The notes beneath the pieces were generated by a model. That model made no database searches. It was not told where the DNA came from and was given only the letters and a program-made list of their open reading frames with translations. This document shows positions 50,446 through 59,694 of a DNA stretch of 64,000 nucleotides, one piece after another (the stretch's first letter is position 1; the number at the start of each line of letters is the position of its first letter). Both the position numbers and the translations under genes were made by a program. Source of the DNA: an uncultured Actinomycetes bacterium. Lineage in GTDB: Bacteria; Actinomycetota; Thermoleophilia; RBG-16-64-13. Where the stretch lies: the NCBI GenBank assembly GCA_963841735.1, contig CAWJDT010000001.1:1280001-1344000 (forward strand), in the 5' to 3' direction.

Positions 50446-51882
50446 ATGATCAAGTTCAGCGAGCGGCAGCTCAAGACGCCCAGGCAAATGCGGCCGGTGT
50501 ATCTGGTTACTGCCGGCCAGTCCAAGTACGCCAGGGCGATCCCAGAGAAGAGAACCGAGGAATTGTGCATCGACGCCTTCACCATGGCGGCGGATTTGCT
50601 CGGTCTCACTCCGGCCGACCTCAAGAAGTATATCCATACCTGCTACTACGGTCATTTCGCCGACCACTTCGGCGACCAGCTCCTGGGCGAAGCGGTTATC
50701 CACGACCGGCTGGGCCTTGATCCTCTAGGCAACGTGGGCATCAAGTCGGGCGGCGCCACCGGCGGCTCCACTCTGTGGGAGGCCGCCAAGGCCGTGGCCT
50801 CCGGGTACTCGGATTGCGTTCTTGCCATGGGCTGGGAGCGCATGGACGAGGTGCCCACCGATGAGGGCAACTTCCTTATAGCCTGCGCGGCCGACCGCGA
50901 CTGGGAGTCTCCCATGGGCCAGATCTACACTGGCTACTACGCGGTCATGGCTCAGAAGTACTGGCAGGTGTTCGGCAAGGCCGAAGCCTCGTTCAGGCGC
51001 ACTCTCGCTGAGATCTCGGTGAAGCACCACGGGTATGCCCGCTTCAATCCGTTCGCGCATGGCGCCATGAAGATCACCGTGGACGACGTGATGATGTCGC
51101 CCATGGTGGCCGATCCGCTGCGGGCCCTCGATGCCTGCCTCATGAGCGTGGGGGCGGCCTGCGCGATTCTCTGCGACGAGGATACGGCCATGGAGCTCAC
51201 CAAGAACAGCAAGAACAAGCCGCTCCGTATCTGTGTGACGGCCGGCTCGCACACTCTGCGCCCGGCCGATCGGCGGCCCATGGAGATCCCTCTGCTGCCC
51301 AACGAGTCGGCCGACCAGTACAAGAATCTGGGCAAGGAATTCCCCGGAGGCGACAGGTACCCGGGCTTCACCGGCTTTCTCGCGGCGAGGGTGGCGGCCT
51401 ACTATGCCTACCACATGACGGGTGTAGTCGATCCCACCGAGGACTTCGACGTCATCGAACTGCACGACGCCTTCACCATCAGCGACGTGCAAACCTACGA
51501 GGACATCGGCATCCGGCCCTACGGCCACGGCCGCGAATATGTGGAGTCGGGCGACTGTTACCACACCAACCCGCACACCGGCAAACCGGGCAAGCTGCCC
51601 TCCAACCTCTCCGGCGGGCTGATCGGTTGCATGCACGCGGTGGGTGCGAGCGGCATCATGCAGGTCTTCGAGATCGCCACCCAACTTTGGGGACGGTGGG
51701 CGGAAGTCCACGGCGATGAGAAACGCTGGAAGGAGTTCGGCCGGGAGAAACCGGCAGACTGGACCGACCTGCAGGTGAAGGGCGCCAAGAGGGCCCTATC
51801 CGTCAGTCACGCGGGCGTGGGCTCGCATGTGACGGCGACCATCCTCCAGGATCCCGATCATATGCTCAAGAAAGACGCGTGA
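50446..51882 (+). CDS. SCP2/archaeal-type thiolase-fold protein lacking the nucleophilic Cys
   Basis: SGGATGG where CASG is usual; ELHDAF; NLSGGLIGCMHAVGASG. Confidence 0.85.
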   Translation: MIKFSERQLKTPRQMRPVYLVTAGQSKYARAIPEKRTEELCIDAFTMAADLLGLTPADLKKYIHTCYYGHFADHFGDQLLGEAVIHDRLGLDPLGNVGIKSGGATGGSTLWEAAKAVASGYSDCVLAMGWERMDEVPTDEGNFLIACAADRDWESPMGQIYTGYYAVMAQKYWQVFGKAEASFRRTLAEISVKHHGYARFNPFAHGAMKITVDDVMMSPMVADPLRALDACLMSVGAACAILCDEDTAMELTKNSKNKPLRICVTAGSHTLRPADRRPMEIPLLPNESADQYKNLGKEFPGGDRYPGFTGFLAARVAAYYAYHMTGVVDPTEDFDVIELHDAFTISDVQTYEDIGIRPYGHGREYVESGDCYHTNPHTGKPGKLPSNLSGGLIGCMHAVGASGIMQVFEIATQLWGRWAEVHGDEKRWKEFGREKPADWTDLQVKGAKRALSVSHAGVGSHVTATILQDPDHMLKKDA

Positions 51883-51895
51883 GAGAGGCCTTACG

Positions 51896-52486
51896 ATGAG
51901 TCAATACGGACAGGTCCAAGTCAAAGACGGCCGGTACAAGTTCAGGGGCGACTTCCATCGTCTTGAGCAGCACATGCCCATCAGGGACGCCGACCAGAAC
52001 TGGAAGCTGGTAGGGGTCACGAAGCCTCGGGACATGACCTACGTGCACACCTACGGGGGCGAAGCGGTGTTCTTCGAGTCGCTCTCCCAGGGCAAACTCC
52101 TGGCCACCAAGTGTGAGAACCCGGCTTGCGAGGCAAACGGCTCCATCTTCCAGCCGTTTAGGATCTACTGCCCCGACTGCCTTTCGAAGATGGCGGTCAT
52201 CGACATGACCGACCTGGCTAAGAAGTCGGCCGTCGTGCATACCTTCATGGTCTGCGAGCGTTCGGGCGCGTTCAACGTGCTCGACAAGCCCATCCGCTTC
52301 ATCAACATCGAATTCGACAACGTGTGCACGATCTTGTTCAGCTATCTGTTGCTGGGCGAGCCCCAGATTGGGCAGCGGGTGGTGCCTGTGTTCAAATATC
52401 ACAATCCTACGTATTCGATTCTTGATCTCTCCTGGGTGCCCGCGGGCACGAAGGCGGAGTCGCTGCCGGAGGGCTTCGGGTTCTGA
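51896..52486 (+). CDS. DUF35 Zn-ribbon/OB-fold thiolase partner
   Basis: FFESLSQGKLLATKC-x4-C...CPDC; PQIGQRVVPVF. Confidence 0.85.
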   Translation: MSQYGQVQVKDGRYKFRGDFHRLEQHMPIRDADQNWKLVGVTKPRDMTYVHTYGGEAVFFESLSQGKLLATKCENPACEANGSIFQPFRIYCPDCLSKMAVIDMTDLAKKSAVVHTFMVCERSGAFNVLDKPIRFINIEFDNVCTILFSYLLLGEPQIGQRVVPVFKYHNPTYSILDLSWVPAGTKAESLPEGFGF

Positions 52487-52700
52487 GTGACCGCTAGGGC
52501 GCGTAGGCCTCCCTCCCAAACGCTGAGTGACCGCGAGGACACGTAGACCTCCCGGGCGCTCAACGGAGTACCGCAATGCGCCCGGTAGGCCCACGCGCCC
52601 TCGCGGTGGCACTCCTTTCACGGGGGGAGGCCTACGCGCTCTCGCTGTGGCACTCCTCTTGTGGGGGGGCGCACGCGCCTCTCGGCCGTGCGTGGCTCAT
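52485..52700. repeat. REP/BIME-like cluster of ~29-bp units, direct then inverted
   Basis: GAGTGACCGCTAGGGCGCGTAGGCCTCCC (52485), variant at 52525, reverse-complement variants at 52587 and 52625. Confidence 0.7.
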
Positions 52701-52990
52701 CTGGGCGGGTTCTTGCTGTTTTGCCTTGGGCGGTGCACCATGGGAAGGGGTGCTGGCAAATGACGTTTCGTCGGCAGAGCGCAATGGACGAGTGCGAGAG
52801 TAGGATCGCAGGGAGCGCGCGTAGCAGTGCTACGCAAGTGACCAAGGACACACTATTGTGCCGCCCAGTGCGCTCTGGAGACCGGGGCTTCATTTGCGGG
52901 CGGCCCAAAGGGTGGGCCGTCCGCAAACACCACTGAGGGCTGCCAAAGAACGAGGTCTCGCTCTTTGGCAGCTTCGAGTCTGGAGGGTCG

Positions 52991-53971
52991 ATGGTGAGGA
53001 ATTACGAGGCACTCAGCGGCGACGTCAATCTGCTTGGCGTGATCAAGGCCCGGGCGGTCATCGGCCGCTATCTCAACCGGACGAACCTTACCTACTATTC
53101 TGAGCTCTCGCGCCTTGTGGGAGGCGAGGTCTTCGTCAAGCACGAGAACCACAATCCCACCGGCTCGTTCAAGATCCGGGGCGCGCTCAACTTCTTCCAC
53201 CATATGTCGGGGGAAGAGCTGGAGAGCGGCATATTGGTCGCCACGCGCGGCAATCACGGTTTGGCTATGGCTTGGGCGGGCAGGTTCTTCAACGTGCCCT
53301 GTACGGTGGTGGTGCCCGAGCACAACAACCCTGAGATCAACCGCATCGTGGAGAGCTTTGGCGCCGACCTCATAGTGCACGGGCACGATTTCTACGACGC
53401 CCAATCGTACTGCGACGAACTGGTGGACACCGCCGGCTACTACTACGTCGAGCAGGGCAACGAGCCTGAGATCTTGAACGGCCTGGGCACCATGGGACTC
53501 GAGATCTTCGAGGACCTGCCCGATGCGGACGTGATCATCTGCCCCATCGGCGGCGGCGCAGGGTGCGCCTCGCTGATCAAGGTGGCGCAGGCAGTCAACC
53601 CTCAGGTGGAGATCATCGGCGTGCAGGCGGAACGGGCGGCGGCCTTCTACGAATCGTGGAAGAAGGGCGAGCGGGTGACTCTGGAGGCGGCCGACACGGT
53701 GGCCGATGGTCTGGCCGCGCGCAGCGTCTACCAGCTGCCGTTCACCATCATGAAGGACACCATCACCGACGTGGTGTTTGTGAGCGAGGAAGAGATCCTG
53801 GAAGGTATCCGGCTGGCGCTACAGGTGACCCACAACCTGGCCGAGGGGGCCGGAGCGGCGTCGCTCGCGGCGGCGCTCAAGATCAAGGACCGGCTGGCCG
53901 GCAAGAAGGTGGCGCTCATCATGTCCGGGGGCAACCTGGACCACGAGCACCTGGTGCAGGCGCTGGCATAA
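52991..53971 (+). CDS. PLP-dependent threonine/serine dehydratase, short form
   Basis: KHENHNPTGSFKIRGA, TRGNHG, PIGGG, SGGN; no regulatory domain. Confidence 0.88.
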   Translation: MVRNYEALSGDVNLLGVIKARAVIGRYLNRTNLTYYSELSRLVGGEVFVKHENHNPTGSFKIRGALNFFHHMSGEELESGILVATRGNHGLAMAWAGRFFNVPCTVVVPEHNNPEINRIVESFGADLIVHGHDFYDAQSYCDELVDTAGYYYVEQGNEPEILNGLGTMGLEIFEDLPDADVIICPIGGGAGCASLIKVAQAVNPQVEIIGVQAERAAAFYESWKKGERVTLEAADTVADGLAARSVYQLPFTIMKDTITDVVFVSEEEILEGIRLALQVTHNLAEGAGAASLAAALKIKDRLAGKKVALIMSGGNLDHEHLVQALA

Positions 53972-53979
53972 GAAGTCGC

Positions 53980-54500
53980 CTAGCGGGTCTTCAGATACTC
54001 GACAACAGCGTCGCTCTGGGCCCGAGTCAGTTGCCAGCGGGGCATCAACACCTCCAGAGTTCCTCCCTCGGGGTCTACGCCTTGAGTCACTGCAAAGAAG
54101 AAGCTGTCCGGGTCAAAGGCCTTCTCAGCCGGATCGGCGGGGGCGCAGTCAGCGCGCTCCAGCGGATATCGGGTACCTCCACCTGTCCCCTCATCATCTG
54201 GATGGTCTGGCCGCGGGCATCAGAGCCATGGCAGTTCGCACAGGCCGTCGCCGACCTCATCATCCCCGTGACCCCCGACCGAGTGATCAGGCGCCCATTG
54301 TCGTCCGAACCCGTTTGGAATATCTGCTCGCCCAGACCGACGCCTGGGGCCGGACTGGTGGATACAGACGACTCGCTCGGGTGCAACGGAGCACCAGCGG
54401 GGATCGACAGGGCGAGCAGAGCGACGGCGGTCACTATGCCCACCAGCAACAGGAGCAACCCCGTCTTCGCCTGGGTGCTCCACCCACCGGTTCGGCTCAT
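53980..54500 (-). CDS. Membrane-anchored monoheme cytochrome c, frameshifted near 54140
   Basis: CANCH; after removing one base the frame continues AVTQGVDPEG...LMPRWQL...VEYLKTR*. Confidence 0.8.
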
Positions 54501-54781
54501 TGCCCGGACTCCCGGCTGCCAAGAAGGTCCTGCCTGCGTTGCAGGAACTCTTCTCGTTGGATCTCTCCGCGGGCGTAGCGTTGCTCAAGCACCTGCAGAG
54601 CACTTGAGCTGCCAAGACCGGTCGGCTGCCCTTGAGAGGAGCCCTCTTGAACATGGCTGTGAGTGGTCAGGCCTCTCACCAGAAGGACGACCCCGACTAC
54701 TATCAAGGCCAGGACCGCCAGCATGATTATCATCATCAACGCTCCGCCTGCATCGCCCCAACCGTCTCCCCAACCCCACAT
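54497..54781 (-). CDS. SHOCT-domain membrane protein
   Basis: MWGWG, one TM, ALQVLEQRYARGEIQREEF. Confidence 0.88.
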   Translation of the reverse strand: MWGWGDGWGDAGGALMMIIMLAVLALIVVGVVLLVRGLTTHSHVQEGSSQGQPTGLGSSSALQVLEQRYARGEIQREEFLQRRQDLLGSRESGQ

Positions 54782-54909
54782 GATGGCATTCTCCTTTGGC
54801 TTGATGTCTTGCACTCAGCCGAGTCTTTGAGCTCGATGATGTCTATGTTCCCGATTTGGCTCGGGTGGAATCCCGGCGCACGGGCAGGGTAGCCATTCGG
54901 GCGGAGTAG

Positions 54910-55794
54910 CTACTGGGTATCTGTGGACGCCAGACCGGCGTCGTCACACGCGTCGCAGCTTCAGCCGCCCGACACTGCTTCGACGAGTGTGGCGGCCTCA
55001 AAACAGCTGGTGCTCCCGACGTTCTGCGTACCCGCCGGTTCTGCCTCAGGTTCAGGTTGCTCCCGCGCCGGCTGATGGTGCGGATGGTAGTCGCAGGCGG
55101 GCCCGCGGCAGCCGTGGGGGTGGCGATCGACGTCACGGCAGACAATGGCGTCGGACTCGGAGGGGTCGATGCCGAGCTTCTCCTTCAGAAAGACCTCTGT
55201 CTCGGCGAGGCAACTGCGGACAAAAGCCTTGCAGCAGCCGGGCTCGGCTTCCTCGGCTGTCGCGGCGGCAAGTCTGCTGACCAGCTGCATGCTGGCCCGC
55301 GTCTCCGCGCCCTTGCCGCATTGACCGCCCACCAACACGCTGTAGCAGGCGCCCAAGGCGGGAACCACGCCGCAGACCCCGCTCAATCCGCAGTACGCGC
55401 TTATGGCCTGGCATTCCGTGCGTTGCAGGACTTCAGCCACGTGCCGGTCGGTCACCCCCAGGTGGCCCCTGTTCTTGAGGGAGGTCATCAGGGCGCCCGC
55501 GGCGATCAGAGCGTGCTCGCAGCCGAGCATGGGAAGCTGCGGAAGCGACATTAGGCGCTCGGCCAGGTCGCCGGCTGATACTTCTTGGGAGGAGGAGAGC
55601 AGCTGCGGTAGCAGCTTTCGCATGCCGGCTCCGTGGCACGCTTCACACAGATAGTGGCCCTGGGCGCAATGCACGTGCCCGACCTCCGATCGGCCGCACA
55701 GCGAACAGGTGAACGGCGCGGCCTCTTCGAGGTAGGTGAGTACCTCACCGCAAAGGCCGCATTGCTCAGTATGTTGCTGATGGTTCTCGCTGAT
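54910..55794 (-). CDS. DUF5714-like Cys-rich protein; probable ATC start and candidate selenocysteine at TGA 54961-54963
   Basis: CGLCG...CSLCG...CAQGHYLCEACH, CGLSGVCG, PGCCK; TGA followed by SCDAC and a SECIS-like hairpin; ends at 54961 if TGA is a stop. Confidence 0.75.
54922..54948 (-). promoter_or_regulatory. Candidate bacterial SECIS element
   Basis: UGUG-AC-GACGCC-[GGUCU]-GGCGUC-CACA; loop begins 24 nt after the UGA. Confidence 0.65.
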
Positions 55795-55813
55795 GGTTGC
55801 ACACTCCCTCGGA

Positions 55814-56281
55814 CTACTTCTGCAGAAGCTCGTAGCCGGCCTCTTGCCAGGCGACGAAGCCCCCGTCTAAGTTGTAGAGGTTCGTGTATCCCGCTCGAAC
55901 CCACTCTTCTATCGAGATGCGGCTCATGCGGTCGCTGCGGCAGTAGACGACGATCTTGGCGTTCTTGTCGGCTGGGAGTTGGTCCAGCTGCTGAGCGGCT
56001 TGGTCGTAGGGAAGAAAGAGGTCGGTTTGCTCGATCTCGCCTTCGTAGGGCGTGTGGGTGTTGATGAAGAGGAAGTCCTTGTTCTTGAGCATGGCGGCGA
56101 GCTCGGCGGGGGTGATGTCGACGTAGGTCCCCGCTCCGTCGCTGGTGGTGACCACTGTACCCACCTTCTCGGGGCCGGCAGTGTCGACCGGAGGGACGGT
56201 CGCGCCGCCGCAGGCCGAGAGAGACGCCAGCGTGAGCGTCGTGGCTATGGCCACCCAGGGGATAAGCCGAGTGTTGCGGAT
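55814..56281 (-). CDS. Rhodanese-domain lipoprotein
   Basis: Lipobox LSAC; IVVYCRSDRMS; YNLDGGFVAW; probable ATC start. Confidence 0.88.
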   Translation of the reverse strand: MRNTRLIPWVAIATTLTLASLSACGGATVPPVDTAGPEKVGTVVTTSDGAGTYVDITPAELAAMLKNKDFLFINTHTPYEGEIEQTDLFLPYDQAAQQLDQLPADKNAKIVVYCRSDRMSRISIEEWVRAGYTNLYNLDGGFVAWQEAGYELLQK

Positions 56282-56412
56282 TCTCCCTCTCCTCTTTGTG
56301 TGATCGCTAGATGGCAAGGTTCGCCCTCCCTCCAACGACAGATACCCGCTCGCGGCCGGGGAGTAAACGGGTCTTCAGATTGCGGTCGAGCAGGTATGAG
56401 CTAGGGGACAAG

Positions 56413-56448
56413 CGGGGCGCAGACCCCTCAAGAGAGGTCTGCGCCCCG
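56413..56448. terminator. Strong hairpin between the secreted-protein and rhodanese genes
   Basis: CGGGGCGCAGACC...GGTCTGCGCCCCG. Confidence 0.55.
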
Positions 56449-56503
56449 AGTCGTCGTTTCGCTGCCTTTGGCGGCATTCGCTTCGGGCTAGCTCACCGAA
56501 GAG

Positions 56504-56983
56504 CTACCTCTGCGGGCCGGCACCGTCACAGGTACCATTGCCGACGCTGGCACCATTGCCGAAGGGGCCGGCGCCGATGCTCGTGGCGTCCTGCAGGCGC
56601 TGCTGGGCCTGAGTCTGGGGCTGAGTCTGCGCCTGGTCGCACGTGCCATCACACTCGGTGCTGCGATCGCGCGTCTGAGCCGTGGTGCCGTTCATCGCAC
56701 CGTTCGCTCCTGCGGTCTGACCGGCTCCAGCACCCCGCACGGCGCCGTTCTGAGAGGCCGTCCCTAGGGGCCCCGTGCTATCGCAAGTGCCGTCGCAGTT
56801 CGTTCCGGATGCATCCCGGGCTTGGTCCTGGGCCTGAGTCGCTGTGCTCACGGCTGCTCTTCCACCGCGATACCCATCCCCGTCACCGCTTCCGCTGGTG
56901 GCTGCGAACGCCACCCCGGCAACGGCCAATGACAGAGCTGCAGCTACGGCCACGCCGATGAGGATCTTTCTCTTTCTCTGCAT
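56504..56983 (-). CDS. Secreted low-complexity Gly/Gln/Thr protein with CDGTC repeats
   Basis: AGGAGG RBS; signal peptide ending AFA; CDGTCD twice and GTCDG. Confidence 0.75.
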   Translation of the reverse strand: MQRKRKILIGVAVAAALSLAVAGVAFAATSGSGDGDGYRGGRAAVSTATQAQDQARDASGTNCDGTCDSTGPLGTASQNGAVRGAGAGQTAGANGAMNGTTAQTRDRSTECDGTCDQAQTQPQTQAQQRLQDATSIGAGPFGNGASVGNGTCDGAGPQR

Positions 56984-57063
56984 TTTCAACCTCCTAGTCT
57001 TTGTTGGTCAGTGGACGGCTGAAAACCGTCCGCCGCTTCAACGGGTTCTAACCCGTCTTCGTG

Positions 57064-57118
57064 AGTCTAGAGGGGCCTTGTGAGACGAAGCTAAGAGTCG
57101 GATGAGAACATTCTTAAG
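57064..57118 (-). promoter_or_regulatory. OmpR-type promoter: four hexamers at 11-bp period plus -10
   Basis: CTTAAG, TCTCAT, TCTTAG, TCTCAC, 10 nt, TAGACT. Confidence 0.75.
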
Positions 57119-57130
57119 AACGCGAACGGC

Positions 57131-58495
57131 CTAAACGGGGAGAGAGACGGTGAAACGGGCGCCCTCTCCGGGCCGGCTTTCCAGGGTGAGGGAACACTCA
57201 TGGGCTTCCACGATGGCCTGGGCGATGGCGAGGCCAAGACCTGCTCCGCCGTCCTTCCTGCCGGCTCCTCGATAGAAACGCTCGAAGACGTGCTTGACCA
57301 CGGCGTCACTCATCCCCTCGCCCTCGTCTCTCACCCACAGCTCAACGCCACTCGGCGTGCGTTTGCCTCCCAGGGCGATGACCTGTCCAGGTTGAGTGTG
57401 CTGAACGGCGTTCTGGACGAGATTGAGGAATACCTGGGTGAGGCGATCTTGATCAGCCTGCACCGAGCCACCCGGAAGAGAGTCAAGCAGCCACTCGCGC
57501 TCGCCGAGATGGGGGCCCTGCGAGAGCAACGACTGAAGGAAGGCGTCCAGGCCAATGCTTTCTTTGCGCAGAAAATCGACTCGGGTCGCCCGCGCCAAGG
57601 TGAGCAGGTCGGCCACTAAGCGGTTCATCCTGTCTAACTCGTCGAGCACCAAGGCATGTTCCTGCTTAACGAAGGCAGGGTCCGGTGATTCTTGCCGGTC
57701 GAGCACCTGCAGATGGCCCTTGATGATGGTAAGCGGCGTCCGCAACTCATGGGACGCGTCGGAGATGAACTGCTCTTGAGCGCTGAAGGCCGATTGGAGC
57801 CGGTCAAACATGGCGTCCATGGTGTGCGCCAGTTCCCCGATCTCGTCGGCGGGTCCCGAGTACCCGATCCTGCGGGATAGGTCCTCGTGGGAAATGGCGG
57901 CGGCGGTCCTCGTGATCCGGCGTACCGGGCCCAGGGCTCTTCCCACCAGCAGCCACGAGCCCAGTCCCACCACGAGGCAGCCGAGCGCGCCGCCGACGGC
58001 CAGTAGCATGAGCAAGTTACGCAACGTGTCGGTGATATTGGCGAGCGAGCCGGCGATCTCAACCGCGCCCACTTGTTCTCCTGCCAGAACTATCGGTGTG
58101 CCGGCCACCCGCAGGGATCGTCCGCCCACCGACACATCGAGCAGGTAAGAATCGCCTGACTCGAGGAGAAGGAGCGTGGCCTGCAGGTCTTCCAGGCGGA
58201 TGTCGTTGGAATTGGAGACGACTGTTCCATCCATGGTCTGCAGGGAGAAGACATAGGCGCTTTGGCGTAGCGAGTTCGATTGCGGTCCCGAAAGGTAGCT
58301 CTCGGTGACCGCGGCCAGAGTCTGTTCGTCTGCCGCCGAGCCTACCACCTGCTGATAGTGGTTCAGCTGCTGAATGAGCTTCGAGTCGAGTTCACCGCGT
58401 AGCTGCTGGCCCATGATGGCGTACATCCCGACAGCTCCGGCGACCGTGATCAGGATCACGCCGAACACGAACCACAGGGTCAGACGTAGTCTCAA
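57131..58495 (-). CDS. HAMP sensor histidine kinase
   Basis: Two TMs, HAMP, DASHELRTPL, NLVQNA, VRDEGEG, GAGLGLAI; TTG start overlaps the regulator stop. Confidence 0.95.
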   Translation of the reverse strand: MRLRLTLWFVFGVILITVAGAVGMYAIMGQQLRGELDSKLIQQLNHYQQVVGSAADEQTLAAVTESYLSGPQSNSLRQSAYVFSLQTMDGTVVSNSNDIRLEDLQATLLLLESGDSYLLDVSVGGRSLRVAGTPIVLAGEQVGAVEIAGSLANITDTLRNLLMLLAVGGALGCLVVGLGSWLLVGRALGPVRRITRTAAAISHEDLSRRIGYSGPADEIGELAHTMDAMFDRLQSAFSAQEQFISDASHELRTPLTIIKGHLQVLDRQESPDPAFVKQEHALVLDELDRMNRLVADLLTLARATRVDFLRKESIGLDAFLQSLLSQGPHLGEREWLLDSLPGGSVQADQDRLTQVFLNLVQNAVQHTQPGQVIALGGKRTPSGVELWVRDEGEGMSDAVVKHVFERFYRGAGRKDGGAGLGLAIAQAIVEAHECSLTLESRPGEGARFTVSLPV

Positions 58496-59181
58496 GCCTC
58501 TGGCGCTTCTGGCGAGCGGAACCGGTAGCCTCCCCCTCGCACGGTCTCGATCATGGACTCTCCGTGGGGCTCGTCGATCTTGCCGCGGAGATAGCCTACG
58601 TAGACGTCGACCACATTGGTCTGTGGGTCGAAGTCGTACCCCCATACCCCGCCCAGAAGCTGCGACCGAGTAAGAACCTGCCCCTGGTGGCGGAGGAAGA
58701 ACTCAAGCAGTGCGAACTCTCGGGAGGTCAGATCGAAGGCACGATCACCCCGGAGGGCTCTGCGCGCCTTCAGGTCGAGGGTCAGATCGCCGGCCTGAAG
58801 CACCGACCCGTGCTCTTGGCGATCGTGCCGCAGCTGCGCCCGGATGCGGGCGACCAACTCGTCGAAGTCAAAGGGCTTGGGGAGATAGTCGTCGGCTCCG
58901 AGGTCTAGGCCCTTGACTCGCGAGGGCACGTCACCGCGCGCGGTGAGCATGATGATGGGGGTGACTTGATCGGTCTTGCGGACCTCCGCCAGTACCTGGA
59001 ACCCGTCCATATCGGGCAGGCCTACGTCAAGCAGGATGAGATCCCAGCGTTGGCCCTGTCGCAGCCGGTCGAGCGCCTCTGCTCCCATCCCGACAACATC
59101 GGTGAGGTACCCGGCGCCCTCGAGGCCCTTGGCGATGAAGGAAGCCACCCGGTTTTCGTCCTCGACTAGTAGCAGTCGCAC
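58492..59181 (-). CDS. OmpR-family response regulator
   Basis: LLLVEDE, LLDVGLPDMDG, GADDYLPKPF, NVVDVYVGYLRGKID, ETVRGGGY. Confidence 0.95.
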   Translation of the reverse strand: MRLLLVEDENRVASFIAKGLEGAGYLTDVVGMGAEALDRLRQGQRWDLILLDVGLPDMDGFQVLAEVRKTDQVTPIIMLTARGDVPSRVKGLDLGADDYLPKPFDFDELVARIRAQLRHDRQEHGSVLQAGDLTLDLKARRALRGDRAFDLTSREFALLEFFLRHQGQVLTRSQLLGGVWGYDFDPQTNVVDVYVGYLRGKIDEPHGESMIETVRGGGYRFRSPEAPEA

Positions 59182-59188
59182 GGCCGGA

Positions 59189-59503
59189 TCACCTGCCCGA
59201 GCCGGTGGAGGGGGGGCCTCCCTGATAACCGTGCCCCGGCTGGACTCGGATGTCACCCGAGATGACCGTTGTGTTGCCGGCCCGCATCGTCGACCCCGTC
59301 GAGCCGCCCTGGCCTAGGGTCGTGCCGGTTCCCTGCCCCTGGTCGGCAGGTGCGCTTCCAATTTGGATGGTCGGCAATGAAGAGGCCGAGTTATCGGAGT
59401 CGCCGAGGTCGAACGCCACCATGGCGATGATGATGACCACCACGACAAGGCCTGTTCCAACGAGGGGTACGGCCAAGCGGCGAAGCAAAGTCAAGGATCT
59501 CAC
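59189..59503 (-). CDS. Small single-TM protein preceding the two-component genes
   Basis: One hydrophobic helix and a Gly/Thr tail; stop 7 nt before the regulator start. Confidence 0.6.
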   Translation of the reverse strand: MRSLTLLRRLAVPLVGTGLVVVVIIIAMVAFDLGDSDNSASSLPTIQIGSAPADQGQGTGTTLGQGGSTGSTMRAGNTTVISGDIRVQPGHGYQGGPPSTGSGR

Positions 59504-59562
59504 CAACCTTCCGGGGGAGTACCTGGAGGCAATGTTAGCAGAGGCATTTGGATCGACAGGAT

Positions 59563-59617
59563 TCTAAGAGGATTCTCATCCCTGTCTAACGCGGACCTCA
59601 TGCTGCCTACCTACACT
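59563..59617 (+). promoter_or_regulatory. OmpR-type promoter: four hexamers at 11-bp period plus -10
   Basis: TCTAAG, TCTCAT, TCTAAC, CCTCAT, 10 nt, TACACT. Confidence 0.75.
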
Positions 59618-59694
59618 TGGCTCGAAGCCCCGGGAGGAGCGGCAATCGCATTTCCAGGAAGGGGCAAGACCCATAAACAAGGCAAGCGAGGTAC

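Noticed and set aside
52485-52700. Possible CRISPR array
   Set aside because: Spacers are only about 11 nt, units are degenerate and switch orientation, and no cas genes are present.
54895-54950. yybP-ykoY (Mn) riboswitch-like GGAGTAGC on the plus strand
   Set aside because: Surrounding genes are on the minus strand and the rest of the consensus is missing; the minus-strand SECIS reading fits better.
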